DNA from: Zygnema circumcarinatum SAG 698-1b | Lineage: Eukaryota > Plantae > Zygnematophyceae | Direction of reading: 5' to 3' | Assembly: GCA_037447605.1 (NCBI GenBank) | Contig: CM074805.1 | Location: forward strand, 1,149,361 to 1,213,360 | DNA length: 64,000 nucleotides | In this document: one piece after another, positions 1-13,200 of the stretch | Position numbering within the stretch: the stretch's first letter is position 1 | How the letters are laid out: the number at the start of each line of letters is the position of its first letter | Made by a program: the position numbers and the translations under genes | Notes under the pieces: generated by a model | Seen by the model: only the letters and a program-made list of their open reading frames with translations | Databases searched by the model: none | What the model was told of the DNA's origin: nothing

Positions 1-179
1 AGATTGAAAGTTTCTGCTTCTTTGCTTCGAACTGGTTAGGAACTTTGGATTCTCCCGTGTCTGAGGCAGGAATCAAGTTCTCATCAATTATAGAAAGGAT
101 GTCCATGGAAATGAACATAAAAGTACTGCTGAGGAACAGCGTATTGGCCGCTTATAAACAATCGTTGTTCTACCAACAG

Positions 180-3100
180 AGTATCGAGGAAAACACCCCA
201 GCTCGTCGAGGACATGTTTCAAGATGGCCCTGTGAAAGCAGCTTTGCGATCCTTACACAAGCAAAAGAAACCAGATTTGCTTGAAGAGATTCGGAATCTA
301 GTGATATTGTTGAACGAAAGCCAAGGCCCGCTGCGTAGGTGAGGACGGCCTTGCTTTGCTGCCTCGTTTCTGAATAGACAGCAAATTTCTAGATGTGCGT
401 GTATTGGTCCTACGCTTTAAAGAAGACCCGAGTCCCTCATCCAACTACTGCGCTCTGTTTTTTTCCAAAAAGGCAATAACCGACGGCCTTGAACTGCGCG
501 TTGTGACTTGGGCAGCGTATACTCGTTTCTTTTGTCGAAAGTTACCATCAACGGGCGAGACGCCACTTGTGCCAGGGAGAAGTGGGTGGATTTTACAAGC
601 GGACTCACTACAAGTCACAATCATGTCAGCTTCTATGCAAGATTGGAGGATCCTTCGTCTGAAGCTGTAAGCGTCCAAAATTTTTTCCCTGCTATTAAGA
701 AATCGGTATAAACCAACTTTTCTAAATTTGCATCAAGACGAGGTTGATTCCTTTTTAATAAAAAACACGTCTTTTTATTCTTGCAGGCTGACGACGGAGC
801 TTCATTAATTGACATTCCTTACTACCAAATTCATCAGATTGGCAGTAAGCTTTGACCTTACAAAAAGAAAATAGAAAGGACTGCAGTCATTGAGATATTG
901 GACAATCCTGGTAGCGAGTTGTCCTTAAGCAGGCTGCATCTATTGATGAGTGATCTATGAATTTATTTTGCATTTGACAGTCAACTGTTATTTCCTCCAA
1001 AGAAATCATGACTGTGACCTACATGAGTAACTGCCGCCTGGGAGCTGAAACTACTCAGCACAAATATGACTGATTTGCGGTTCTCGTTTTGATAAGCCTT
1101 GACATTGTTGCCAACAACATTTTTTCTGACGGTAACTCGTTTTTGCCACAGGATATTCAACTCGGAATTTAGAAATTGTGACCTACGAGCCCATTCTCGA
1201 CGAGTTGACTTCAAGGGTACGCACGCAGAATAGTCTTGATCCTGTCTTATACTTTCTGGACACGAGACCTCTCGTTTCACTTGTCTTGTTTTCTTTGTTA
1301 CTACTACTGAATTTGTTTTAGAAACTGAAACATGCTAAGCTGACAGTACGAGACCTTCCGTCTGAGTACAGGCCCCTGCTAATGACAAAACTGAAATCCA
1401 CATCTTGATGGAGTTTGCTACTGAAGGTATGGCGGAACATCGGTGAAGCTGATTGCCATTTGAAAATAGAAGTCGTTTTAAGATGTAGGTTGGATTTTTC
1501 TGCTCAAGCACACTAGCAACATTCCCGTTAAACAGTCTGGTATCCGGCACTGATTCGTTCACAGTTTTTTCAATTTGCAGATTTAAAAATTATCGAAAGC
1601 CGCCTACTTTGCCGAATCAAGAACCAAATGCGTCAGGTGTGGCATCACATCCCAGGTGCTGTCCTTAGGACAAGTTGCCCTTTTGGGTTACCTTGAATCT
1701 CAAAGATCCGAAATGATCATGCCTGTTCAATGACGTCGGTTCCCCTGGATTGTGTACAGATTAACGATATTAATTCATCTCAGAAAGGTTCATTAAATTC
1801 CTCAGAAACAGGAGGTTCTGATAGGCCTACGAGGAAAGCGTCCATTGGCATCATGCCGGACTTCAACAGAAGTTATCCAAGGCCCCAGCAAGTACAGAAT
1901 ACGCCTCAAGCCACAGCGACACAGGCTGTCAATTTGGGTTACCCAGTGCCAAAAACACGCAATGCTAAAGCTGGAACAAATACCGATGTGGAAAACGGCA
2001 CAGGCACCATACGAGAAATTAATCAAGATATAGAAAGCTGGGAGGCAATCTTCACAAGTCAACCTATTCCCCTGCAGAACAACAAAAGCTCCCCTAAGAA
2101 ATTTCGTGAAGAGGATAAAAGGAGCAACAGCGGGGTGGACATACTGTCCAGTTTGGATGCTGGGGTTGGGCCAATTTCCCAGACGCATCTGACGATGGCT
2201 ACACAGAATGTCATAAGCGAAACATACCGGGAAACGAAGAAAGTGACTACAGAAGCTGCCACGTCTAACGAACAAAGTCTCCCCTCTGACATTCAGGAGG
2301 AATTAACTCTGTCGATCCTTGTAAGGTCCAAGACCCAAGTTCCTTCAGGCATAATCGTCAAAAGAGATCAAGATTTTAGCATGCGAGACAGCGACACTCA
2401 TGAAGTTGCTGGAATAGCTCCCACTGTACGCGGAAACTCCGATGCAACAGGAGCATCGGGAGAGGAGAATGTTCCGAACATCTTTGACGATGCAGTGGAG
2501 CCTCCGGAACAAGCAGTGGGGACGGAGGTTGGAAAAATTGATCAGGCTTCCTCTCCAAGTACCCACATCAAAGAGCAAGCCAAGGAGAACTCTGTGAAGA
2601 AGACTAACGACTTAAAGAAACGGTTGGAAGGAATGGGGCCTTCTTCTGGTTCTCCTGCTCCCTTCCAAACGGATAAGGAAGATGCTATTGTTAGGAAGAA
2701 TGCTAACGATTGTTCCCGCCAGCTGGGTGAGCAGCAGTTGAATCAGATTAACAAACGTCCAAGAAGACGTGCGTCTGCACTATCAACGAAGCCTCTGACT
2801 TCAGTGAAGGAAAATGAAAAGCTTACGAACGTGATCCAGAATGATCCAAAGCAAAGGCCAGTCGACGGGCCTCCTCCAGAGGAAGGAAAAAGAAATGACA
2901 AAGGAGAGTCCAGGCACGAGGAGAAACAGGAGCAGGCTTGTTCAGAAAAACCAGGCAGGGCAGTGGACTCATCAAAGGGGCGTCTCAACAATTCTAATGT
3001 TGAGAAAAAGAGGAAATCGCCTCCGGCCTCTCAGGCACCTTCTCCTCCTGTCCCTTCTGTTCAGCGGGTTGGCAGAAACAAGTCACGCATTGTCCGTGAA

Positions 3101-6100
3101 GGACAAAAGGGAAATCCTAGAAGAAGAGCGAGGCCAAGCGAAGGGAACAGTTTCGTTGAAGTGCCAGTGAAGGAACCAATTCCAAATACATCCGAGACAG
3201 ACAACCCAAAAGCAGGCTTAACCCTTAACCCAGTCAGTGAAGAAACGCTACTTTTGAAGGAGCCTCAGAAAAGGCTTCGGGAGATATTCCAATCTGAGCC
3301 GACCCCTGATGCCACCTTTGAGAATTTGAGACGTCAATCAGCACATACTGAGGACCCCATTGAAACCGACAGTGAGGATCGAGATCAGGTTCTTCAAAAA
3401 AGTCCAGTCTTGAAGGCACGAAGAAGATGCAGTAAACCAAAGCAGGGGACGAAAAGTACACAAGGGGAAGACGAGAGAAACGATGTCATTAAGCGTAGAG
3501 TCTCGGCCCACACTCGGAGGAAAGGCTTGATTGGAAAGAAAGCGCTTAACAACACCAATCAGACTTTCTGTGACGCTGTTGACAACTGTGCTTCTCCGGA
3601 AATGGGTCGGTCAGAGTTTGCCTCGGTATTCATCAGTACACCTATAGTCACAAAGCCTGCTCCACAGCTTGAAACACCTCCATGGCAGCTGGAGGAGGGA
3701 AAAACAAAGCAAGGCGAAAGCAATGATGAGGATGAGAAAGAAAATCACTCAGATCAGCTGCTTGTAGTACCGTCTCCAGAGCTCAGAACTCCCCAGGCCC
3801 CTCTTTCTCCAGTAGGTTACGTGCCAGAAAATGAATTGAATGATCGATCGCTGTCTTCCCCGGAAAAAGAAGGTATGTAATCATTCTCTGATCTGAAGCC
3901 TGAACAGTCAGAACCAGCTTCTCCTTTCCGTCAAATGGGTGATTGTAACTTGGTGACCTGGTGAGTGTCGCTCAAAACATATTTTCCTGTCAACATAATA
4001 CTCAAACAAAAGGTGTTCAATTGTGGAGAGTGGAGATAAGGTCCACTCACGAGTTGTGCCCTCCGAATAGGCTGAATATTTTGCTGCTGATTCCCGGCGG
4101 GCATACGGATTGTGCTGTTTTTGCGGATGCTTTTTTTTTTTATATTTTGTCATATCGTTGAGATCGATGAGGTGCACTTTAGATTTCAAAAGAGATAACA
4201 GATTGCTGGTCTCAGCAGCGTAATGCAACAGAGGTTCTTCGTCATGACTTGCAGTACCGGAGCAAGCCAGTAGAAGGAAGCCGAGGGCAATCAAGCGAAT
4301 GGAAGGTATGACTGCCAAATGTCGTGGATGGAAGCCCCTGCAACTCTCTCCACCTTCATCGCCACAATTAACGCCTGGTAATTTGTCCAAGACTGTCCCA
4401 ATGTCCATTTTTTAGAAGTTGTCAGGAATCCATTCTTGTCTTTGAAAGGAAAGTTGCAGTGCTCACTTGATCAACAAAATTCAAGCAAATGGTACACAAG
4501 TTGCACGCTTGACCAATAAATCAGCTTTGGGTGGAAAACATGCAGAGCCTCCCAAGCGGAAGGGGTCTAGAAGGAGGAGGCCACAACTGAAAGCGAAAGA
4601 TAGGATAGATGAAGGTTTTGGCCATCCAGACAGCCCAGGTCTAAGGCAGGTCTCTCTGTCAAGAGGTACGGGATACATCACCTTAAGCCAGCAAGTCGTG
4701 AATAACGGACAGAATAGCGCCCGTTTGCCTGAAGTCAAATGTACGCTCACAAACTTATCCATTCATCAGCTGTACATATTTTGCACTTTGAGTGCTTTGT
4801 TAGTCACGACAATTCTTACATCCAGAAAGTGGTTTCACTTTGGACGTTACTCCAGAAGAGCATTGGTCCCGGGCTTGACGTTCCCTCTTTGCAGCAGGAA
4901 ACAAATCAGGTGTTGAAGTCGACTCCAACGACGACACAGGAGGCTTTCACGGGTATGTTGACCATCTGAAGACTGCATTGTCAGCGCTGGACCTGAGGTT
5001 AAATTTTTTAATAAATTTCGCTCGAAATGGACTAAATTTTTTATATCGAACTTGCAGAGCTGTCAATACGGTGGCCAAGATGCTCAAGAAGCTCAAAGGA
5101 AAGGTGCAAGCCAAGACAAAACAGAAAACTTTGGACATTCTTCAAGAAACTGACAAGAGCATACGACATGAGATCGTCACGGTTGAAACCGAGGTCACCA
5201 GAAGTATGTAAGTTTTTCTAATCGAGACAAATTATGAATTGGAATTCAAATCTAACTTGAACTCAAAATAGAAATCGAATCCACCGAGGTCCAGTCAGTA
5301 TTAACTTAATCTTAACAATGTGTAAGTCTGCTTTTGGCTCGCATTCTCTAAAAGGTGGCTGTCTCCCAAATTTGTCAACAACAAGAGAAAATCGAAAATC
5401 TACCACTCGCTTTAACTTCTTTGCAAAGGTTTAGAAGCTGCATCACGAGCCTGTTTGTTGGAAGTCATTCTGAAGAAATTGATGTTACTTACACGCTTTA
5501 GCCTCAAATGCGCTTGACAGTGAAAAGTGTATGTCTCTCGGGAAGAGGAAGACCAGAGAGATTGAAGAAAGCCTGTGTGGTAAGTTGTTTCTTTCGAAAC
5601 TTTCACATGCTTTAGGATCCCTCCTGTTGTTCTCGACGGTGTTTATTTTCTTCAAGTTTAATGGGGTATTTAATGCTGGTTGCTTGTAATCGTTAGGGCA
5701 ATGGCATAAAGGAATCATAACGTATTTGTGTACTGACAGTAGCACCCCTAGGAGTCGTAAGAAATTGAAGTGACAGCTCATCGTTTACCACGATTTTTCA
5801 CCTCCTTGTGCTCTTCTGCCTTCGTTCTTGCAGCTCAAACCAAGAAGGTCAAGGCCACTTACGAGTCGTTTGTGAAAGATTTCGCGGAGCATGTCGGCGA
5901 GTACAACAGACTATTTGCAGAAGTGGACGACACCGAACTCGAGCTGAAGACACAATTTGAACATCAGAGTGAGTAGCAAACCAATCCATGTTCCTGGTGC
6001 GCCTCTGACTAAGGTGGTATGTTTTTGTTTCCGTTCTCCTGATCAGAATGTCGATAATTCTCTCGCGTAGGTCTCTTGCAACGTTTGGCAACACTCACGA

Positions 6101-6494
6101 TATCTCAATTTGGAAGAGGTAGTTCCCTCGCTTACTAGTCACTGAGGTAGCTCTTTCATGCTCGAGTGCAGGGGCAGCCCACCAGGAAATGCTAGCACAG
6201 GCCAAGAAGGCCACTACAGCGTGCTTGGCAGAAGCGGAGAGCAGACTTTTGGTGGTGCAAAAGGTTCGTTGACTGCGGCCTCCTTTTCAGTTTGTAGTCT
6301 GGGGGCGCACTTCCATCTCTGGCAGGAGCAGTACCTCATGGCGTCTTTGCCATAATTCTTTCGGGAGGGTTACTGGTTTGCAATGTAATACTCAAGTTCA
6401 CTGTCGGCGTCTGACCATGCAGAGTGAGTTAACAATGAGAGGACTCCGAGCGGCACTGCAAGACGCCCTTCAAGAAGTTCTCGGATCTCCGTGA
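180..6494 (+). CDS. ASY3: Meiotic chromosome axis core protein, ASY3/PAIR3-SYCP2-Red1 family (5' end outside window, multi-exon)
   Basis: Exons 180-338, 516-666 and 787-844 splice in frame to give ..DLLEEIRNLVILLNESQGPLRSVYSFLLSKVTING..EKWVDF..HVSFY.., resembling the SYCP2 ARM/PH region. The long exon to 3872 is disordered and contains RKASIGIMPD, matching the ASY3 closure motif. Terminal exons (5059-5208, ~5520-5580, ~5834-5969, ~6181-6263, 6423-6494) give DLRRAVNTVAKMLKKLKGKVQAKTKQKTLDIL..KCMSLGKRKTREIEESL..RAAHQEMLAQAKK..SELTMRGLRAALQDALQEVLGSP*, collinear with the ASY3 coiled coil as I recall it. Middle exons (3.9-5.0 kb) are approximate. Confidence 0.85.
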
Positions 6495-7283
6495 CGTCAG
6501 GTTCATGCTGTTCAGGCTTTTGATCCGCATCCTGTGGCAAAACCCTGCGTTCAAATGGTAGAGGTATTGCTGCATTGCAAGTCCTTTATTGGTAAGTGCA
6601 GGAGGACGTGGAGCCGCACGGTGGTGCTTGCGTAGGTCACATGCAGAGTACAAATTGCTGTGTCCAGACTTTGATTCTCGAGTTTAGTTCGAGCTTAGTC
6701 CAGTCCCATCAGTGGTTATGGTTTTTTCATGAATGGCCTACTTTTAGGCTGTACAGACAATGCATGCATAGGTTTAGGGGCATTATGGTCTCAACTGGTT
6801 GAACACTGCTAAGCCTCGGCAACGCTTTCCAGGTGCAGACTTCTGTCGCATTCACATACCGCATACTCTGTGAATTTGTCGTCCTTATTCCGTACGGTTC
6901 TCGAATGAACCCTCATTCTGCCATCATGGATAGGTTAACAATCACTTTCTGCTCACTTTAGCGGCATCGCAGATCCTTGTTCGTGCTTGAGCACACATAG
7001 AAAAGCGTGTTTTGCGACATCCATCCAAGCTCACGCGCCCCTGTAGGGATGGAAGGCAGTTAAGAGGCAATCAAGGTACACGATACAAAGTAGTATGAGT
7101 TCAAGATGTCCTAAAAGAATGAACGCTCTCCAAACGAGAACTAAGGTAACAACTTCACCTTTACGAAAGACTTAAACTGACCGATCGGCCAAACGAGTTG
7201 TAAATGTAATTTACTTCCCACTTTTCGATTGTAAGAAAGTCCTAAAACAGTCAAAAGCGAGCGAGCTTTGGGGGGAGCCCCAG

Positions 7284-10200
7284 TCAGTGGTCGCTGATGC
7301 TCCCCGCCCCTCTGGTCATGAGCCACTCCAGCAGCCGCCCCTTGTGGTGCGTGTCCTTCAAGGAGTTGGCGTACCGCGATAGCACCTTCGTGACAAGTCC
7401 GCTGCTCTGAGAGTCAATGGCGGTCAAGTCAAAGCCCTTCCATTGCTCCATGTGGCTCAGTACCTCTCCATAGGATGCCAACTTGCTCAGCTCCGCTCTA
7501 GAGAGCACTAACCTCCGCTCCTAATTAGGTCACACCCATAGGCACACACATATTCAACCGGTCATTAGCAGAACAAGGGGCAGCAGGACCTGAGGGCTTT
7601 ACCATTGAAGCGAGAAAATTGACGTTTGAAGAAGACACCTCCTCACGTAAACATGCCGCCTGCAGGTGGAGGAAGGTACCTGAATGAAATACACTGCGCC
7701 GGGTTCCAACTGAGTGACGTCATAGTGATGCGCTATAGAGAGCAGTTTACGTGTTTCCTTCTGAGACTTGTAACGGATGGATCGCAGAGAGGATCCATTG
7801 TAGAGGAAGGTGAAGACAGGGTCTTCTCCAGCCCTGCCACATCGGCATTAAAACAACACGATACGGGACATTGAAGTTCGCAGAATGGAGCAGAGCAAAG
7901 AGCAGAGAACAGAGCGCAGAGAAGAGAGCAGAGCAGAGCAGAACACAACACAACACAACCCAAGACAACACAATACAACAGTTTTTGCGTTGACGATTTC
8001 AAGGAGCTCATGACTTAAAAGGGTTTTTTCATACTTCAAACACCGGAGATCAAAACACAAACATATATGCATACTTTCGCACCTTTCACGGATGTACATC
8101 AATGTTTCTTAGACTTTATAACTGGATCAGAAAAAAATCCGTTCAAAAGTCCTCCTGACATCTTCGGCATAGCAGTCACACAATGTTTCATACCTTTGAT
8201 TTGTCCACTCCCCATGCATGCATCTCCTATATGATGTTGGGTTGAGTGAAAGTGCCGTACCTTGTTGTTATCACGTCCCACTGCAGGACTTCTGACTCCA
8301 TATCAGAGTCAAACATCAGTCCGTCCCCCTCGAAGGTCGTCTTCCTAAGCTGCCCTCCTTCAGCTGTTAATGCATAGAAAGCAGTAGGTCGCGGCTTTAC
8401 TCTGTCTCCAAAGCCTATTTTAGTCACAATTTCCGCCATATCTACTCTCTGTGTGCACCCCACCCACTCTCCCATCAGTGTCGGTCAATGGGAGGGGCTG
8501 ATGGATAGTCAAACGACATTGGTGGGCACGAATTTCAGAAGTTTGAGGGCCATAGGAATTTTAGGATGTTCCAGGGAAAGTCCACACTCTACAGAGTCAC
8601 AACATCACCTTCTAGCTGAAGGTTACCCTGCTTAACGCTCAGTCAGAAGACTAGCTCTGGCTCTAAACTACTGAACAACTACATGGAAGACAAAATGAAA
8701 GTCATCACCAAGCATCGGTGGTAAACACAAAGAAACCGAGCGCCTGCGATCAAATCAAGTACACAACAACAAAGGGATGAAACCAAAACTAAACCAGCCT
8801 TCATCCCATCTTCCGTCCGAAACAACCTCCGTGGCAAGCACTCTATCACCAACTCTTTCAAAATGCGCCCCCCTCTCCCAGAACTTCCAGTAGCTGCTAT
8901 CTGCTTGAAGGTGTGCGCAGTACCAGTCCTCCAGCGAGGCGCAGCTCATGACGAATGTCGACTGCCATCATGCCTTCCTGCAGCACATACTCCACACGCA
9001 GCTTTCCAACAAGCTGCCCTTTATCTGCACGAAGAATTGCTTCAGACCACCATTTCCTGTCGCCATTTTTGCTTGTTTCTCCCATGCCAAATTTCCCCTC
9101 CTGACCACCCGAGTAAACCTCGCACTGTCAGTGTTGGCACGTCACACGGCTAAAGGGAAGCTGTGAAGGACGAGACTCCACAACACTGAACTTTACTGCG
9201 TACTCAAAATTGTGCCATATAGAAGAGACAAAGCTAGAAGAGACAAAGCTGGCAGGTTTGTGGCTTGTCTCAACAGCCTTACATCTCCAAGTTTGTCTGT
9301 TGAAGCTGAAAAAATTCGCCCATGCACTATATACACAATCTCTGTCGTGTAAGATACCCCCCATCCAAAAAGCAGGCCTTCACTCAGACTGCTATGCAGC
9401 ACCAAGCCTTTAGAGAGGTCCCCATGGAGAGCGGCGAGCCGATTATTGCCATAAAAGGGCCCGTTTGTATTAAACTCTGCCACCCACGCCAAGTCATGTA
9501 ATTATCTTTAATACCAAACAAACAAAAGAGGACCTGGTAGATGGCCATGAATGATGTAAATCTTTCCTCTCCTTAAAAACCTCTTTGAAGATCCGACAAA
9601 AAACCTCCCTGAGGTATTGCAGCTCCAAGTAATTTCAACAACACAGTCAAATGATTCCTGCAGCTAGAGGGATCTGCCGTTTCTTCAGAATTCCTGGACA
9701 ACTACTAGATGAACAATTAAACATCTAGATCAACTAGAAGCTAGATCAATCAAACAAAGGTTTACAGAAGATGTTTCTTTAATACTTCAACAGGAATCAC
9801 GCGTAGACAAAGGACGCGAAGCACCTTAGCACCACAGATTCAAATCCTCATAATCCAAAACTCTACCGACTTCGACCAAACTAAAAAGTTCTGTAAGGAC
9901 GCGAACCCCCTTCACAGACTTACTCAACCTTGCAACGCTAGAATCCAACTGGAAAGTGTGCTTCCTCCAACAACAACTGAAAATGACACTCAAGCCCACT
10001 TTATTGAGGGAACACCCCACCTGTAATGTACAACCTTGAGGCTTCTCGGGGTAACCAGCGAGAGAACTGAACTCCCCTATGTGAGAGGAGCTCCACAAGC
10101 CCATCAGCCGCTTCCTTTACTGTAAGGTCAGTCTTCTGCTGCCCATCCCCGTTGACTGCTTCCAATGCAGCTGCAACCCGAGAGGTGTACAACCACATAG

Positions 10201-13200
10201 AACCAGTGCGCATTTCGTCTTTTGGAAGCGACAAAATGGGCGGCATTGTGAAATCAGTGGATGCAAAGCTAACAATGTGTGACGCCAATGCGGAAAGTCT
10301 CGTTTGAAGAGTTGAGTAGTCCCAGCCGCTTAGTAAAATTGCCGTGTTTTCAGAGGTACTCATTTGAGCGCCCATTCCCAACTTCACATTTCTGGACAGC
10401 CAGAGCAGAGCAGGAGGGGTGGAAGTAAGATGGGGGGAACTGGCCTTTCGAGAGTTCAAAACACAGGATTTGCAAAGCATTCTTGGATTGTAACGTATCT
10501 TCAATGAAAGAAGTGTCAAAATGTGGAGATGGATGCAAGCAGTCACTGCAATGGCACCTTCACCTGGCTCAGCTTCAGAGATCTGTACCTGCTCTCTAAA
10601 GCAAGCAACCCCACTAGGGCTGACACAATGTGCCTCTAAACTAATCTCACAAGCTAATGTGCTACAAGGGGAAACACCACCAAAAGATTGTTCAAAAAAA
10701 CCCAACAGTCAACCTCACTTGAAGATTCACCTAAGCAGCTGAGCATGCGCCATAATTTCCTCCTCCCATGTGTTGCCCTCCATCGAAGCCCTTGCTGCAC
10801 CCTGTGTCTCCATCAGGAGAGTGTCATTCGTGAGAAGACGGAGCACTGTTGAGGTGAGTGCTGCCTGATCCAAACGACGCTCCCCCACAAACGGTACAGT
10901 CCAGCAAGGGGGGGCTCTGCAGGGAGACAGCAACACAAGAAAGATTGCATAATGCGACAATAAAGCTATATGCAGATGATTACACGGAAAGTACACAGGG
11001 CAAGTAAAGAACTTCAGGCTATTTCCCGCCACACTTGAAAACTTATGAGAACAGACCTGATCTCGCGACTGTTAGTGCCAATACCGTCTCGTGAAAGCGA
11101 GGTGTCCGTTTCTCTCCCCAAAGTAGGTGCATTGGGGTTGCAAATGCATTCCTGCCATCACAATAACTCGCACAGAATTCATGCACCGGATATGTCCCAT
11201 ATGACGTTCAACGACACAAGAAATCCTACAACCTGCTCAAAATACTTTTTGTGGCAAAGAAGACTCGGACTGCCACCACTGGACTTTACACAAATGCTGT
11301 ATTGACTCCTTGGAGCTGACAAATGAGATGTGGAGAGCATGAATACAACGAAATTGTTAGCATTCTTCAGCATATTAGCATTTAGGGACTGTCGTTCTGA
11401 TGTATGGCTGCACTTTCAACATATTTTTGCTGGTTCCTTCAATTCAGGACCGCAATTTCAGCAATTTAAAATTGATCTGACAATCAATTATAGAAAATGC
11501 CGAAACTGCGATGAAAAAACAGCGAGAATATGCTGAAAATGCAGCCATACATTGGAAAAACAGTCTAAAAATGCTGATAGCCCCCGATTGGAATAACCAA
11601 AAGTGAACTGAAAATCCAATGTACCCTCCAAGTTCAACCTGCACTTTCCTACAACTTCGCTTATGCATGCCCAGGCCAGACCTTCAACATCCCTTCCAGA
11701 CTGCTCTCCACTGTGCCTTTATGATGCCATGGAGAGACTAATAATTGCAAGAAAGGGCGGTATCAGCCGCTATTGATCTTCACGACAGAAAATGGGGTGG
11801 GACCTCACCTCGGCAAAGCGAAAGGACGATGCGACGACCGCTTTTCCAAATCCCATGGCCATGCTTATGATTCCTGAAGAGATCTGTTACAGTCACAACA
11901 CCAACAACCAAGTCATGCACAAAACAAGTTTTTCCTTGACTCTGGCTTATCGAGTTGCCACATCTCGTTCCTTGAAAGGGGCTTTGCTATAATTCTTACG
12001 AATTGCAAAGAATCAAGGTAGGAGGGATTGTCTAGTGCTCCAGGTATTGTAAAATGTAAAGGCATGCGAAAAGGGCTTTAATACCAGCTCTTTTCTCTTT
12101 CCCTTTCTCCTTCTTTTTTCATTCTGTCCCTGTCATGAACAAGCCTTCAGAAGAGAGAGCAGGATTCACCTGCTGCTTCTGGAGGTTTGTCACAACGACA
12201 ATCTCTGCCACTTGCATCCACTCCAGAAGTTCCGATTTCAACAAATTCTGCCCCTTGACAAACACCACACTACTGTGCAGATGCAGGTGGTCCACTAAGG
12301 TCTCCAGTTCACTCAAGTAGTCGCTTTGCAGGCCGGGCTGCTGCCCCCCAGCAATGACATAAAGGGCATCGGGGACTTCTACAGACACCTGCACCATAGA
12401 CTTGATCATGTACTCAAAGCCTTTGTCAGAGCTGATAAGCCCCGTGCTGAGGATGACTCGGCGTCCATCCAAGACAGAGGCGAAGTCGCGGCGGATGTGA
12501 ATGGCTGCTGGAGGAGAGCGCTCAAACCCATAGGGGATGTGGCTGCCAATACATAGAGTGTCAAGTTCAGGACAGTCTACGGCAAGGCATGATGGAAGTG
12601 AATCGGATGAGCAGTACAAATCATGGAAGCAGTACAGCCTGGCTCTCTCCTGAACTGGCCATTCTAATCTTCCTGCTACAGCTGCAGTATTTATGTTGCA
12701 TATTGTAGGAGCGCAAAAGAAAGAAAAAGGATTTTCATCACAGCTGGAAAGTGAAGAATTCAACAAAAAAAGCAGCGAGTCAACGTCAGTCTTATCAAGT
12801 AGCATGTGAGAGCAGCAAACCTGCATTGGAGCCCGGGCATAAGGGCCTGAATCTCAGAGCAGACACTGGGAACAAAGGTAGTCACCAGATTGACTCGCTT
12901 TAAGATCTCACGCAGGCGGACACGAACGGTCAAGTTGGTGGAATCGCCTATCAGCGTGTGAAAGCAAACCTGCACTGGTACTCTGCGTTCCCCACAGGTT
13001 GCCACCTGTCATCCTCACGCCCGCACTTGCAAGTCAAGTCGTATGAAAGGATAGTACATACTCCTTACTAGAAAAGACCTAGGTTAAGTCTTCAAGGGTG
13101 GGAATTCGACTGACTCTCTACAGGAAAAGCTGCCAATAAATCGGCCCTGTTCTGGAACCGATCGATACTGAACGGAAGCTCCACAAGGAAACGAATTGAG

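Noticed and set aside
1802-4408. Long antisense ORFs (1802-2275, 3908-4408)
   Set aside because: They are shadows of the ASY3 exons, with no recognisable motifs.
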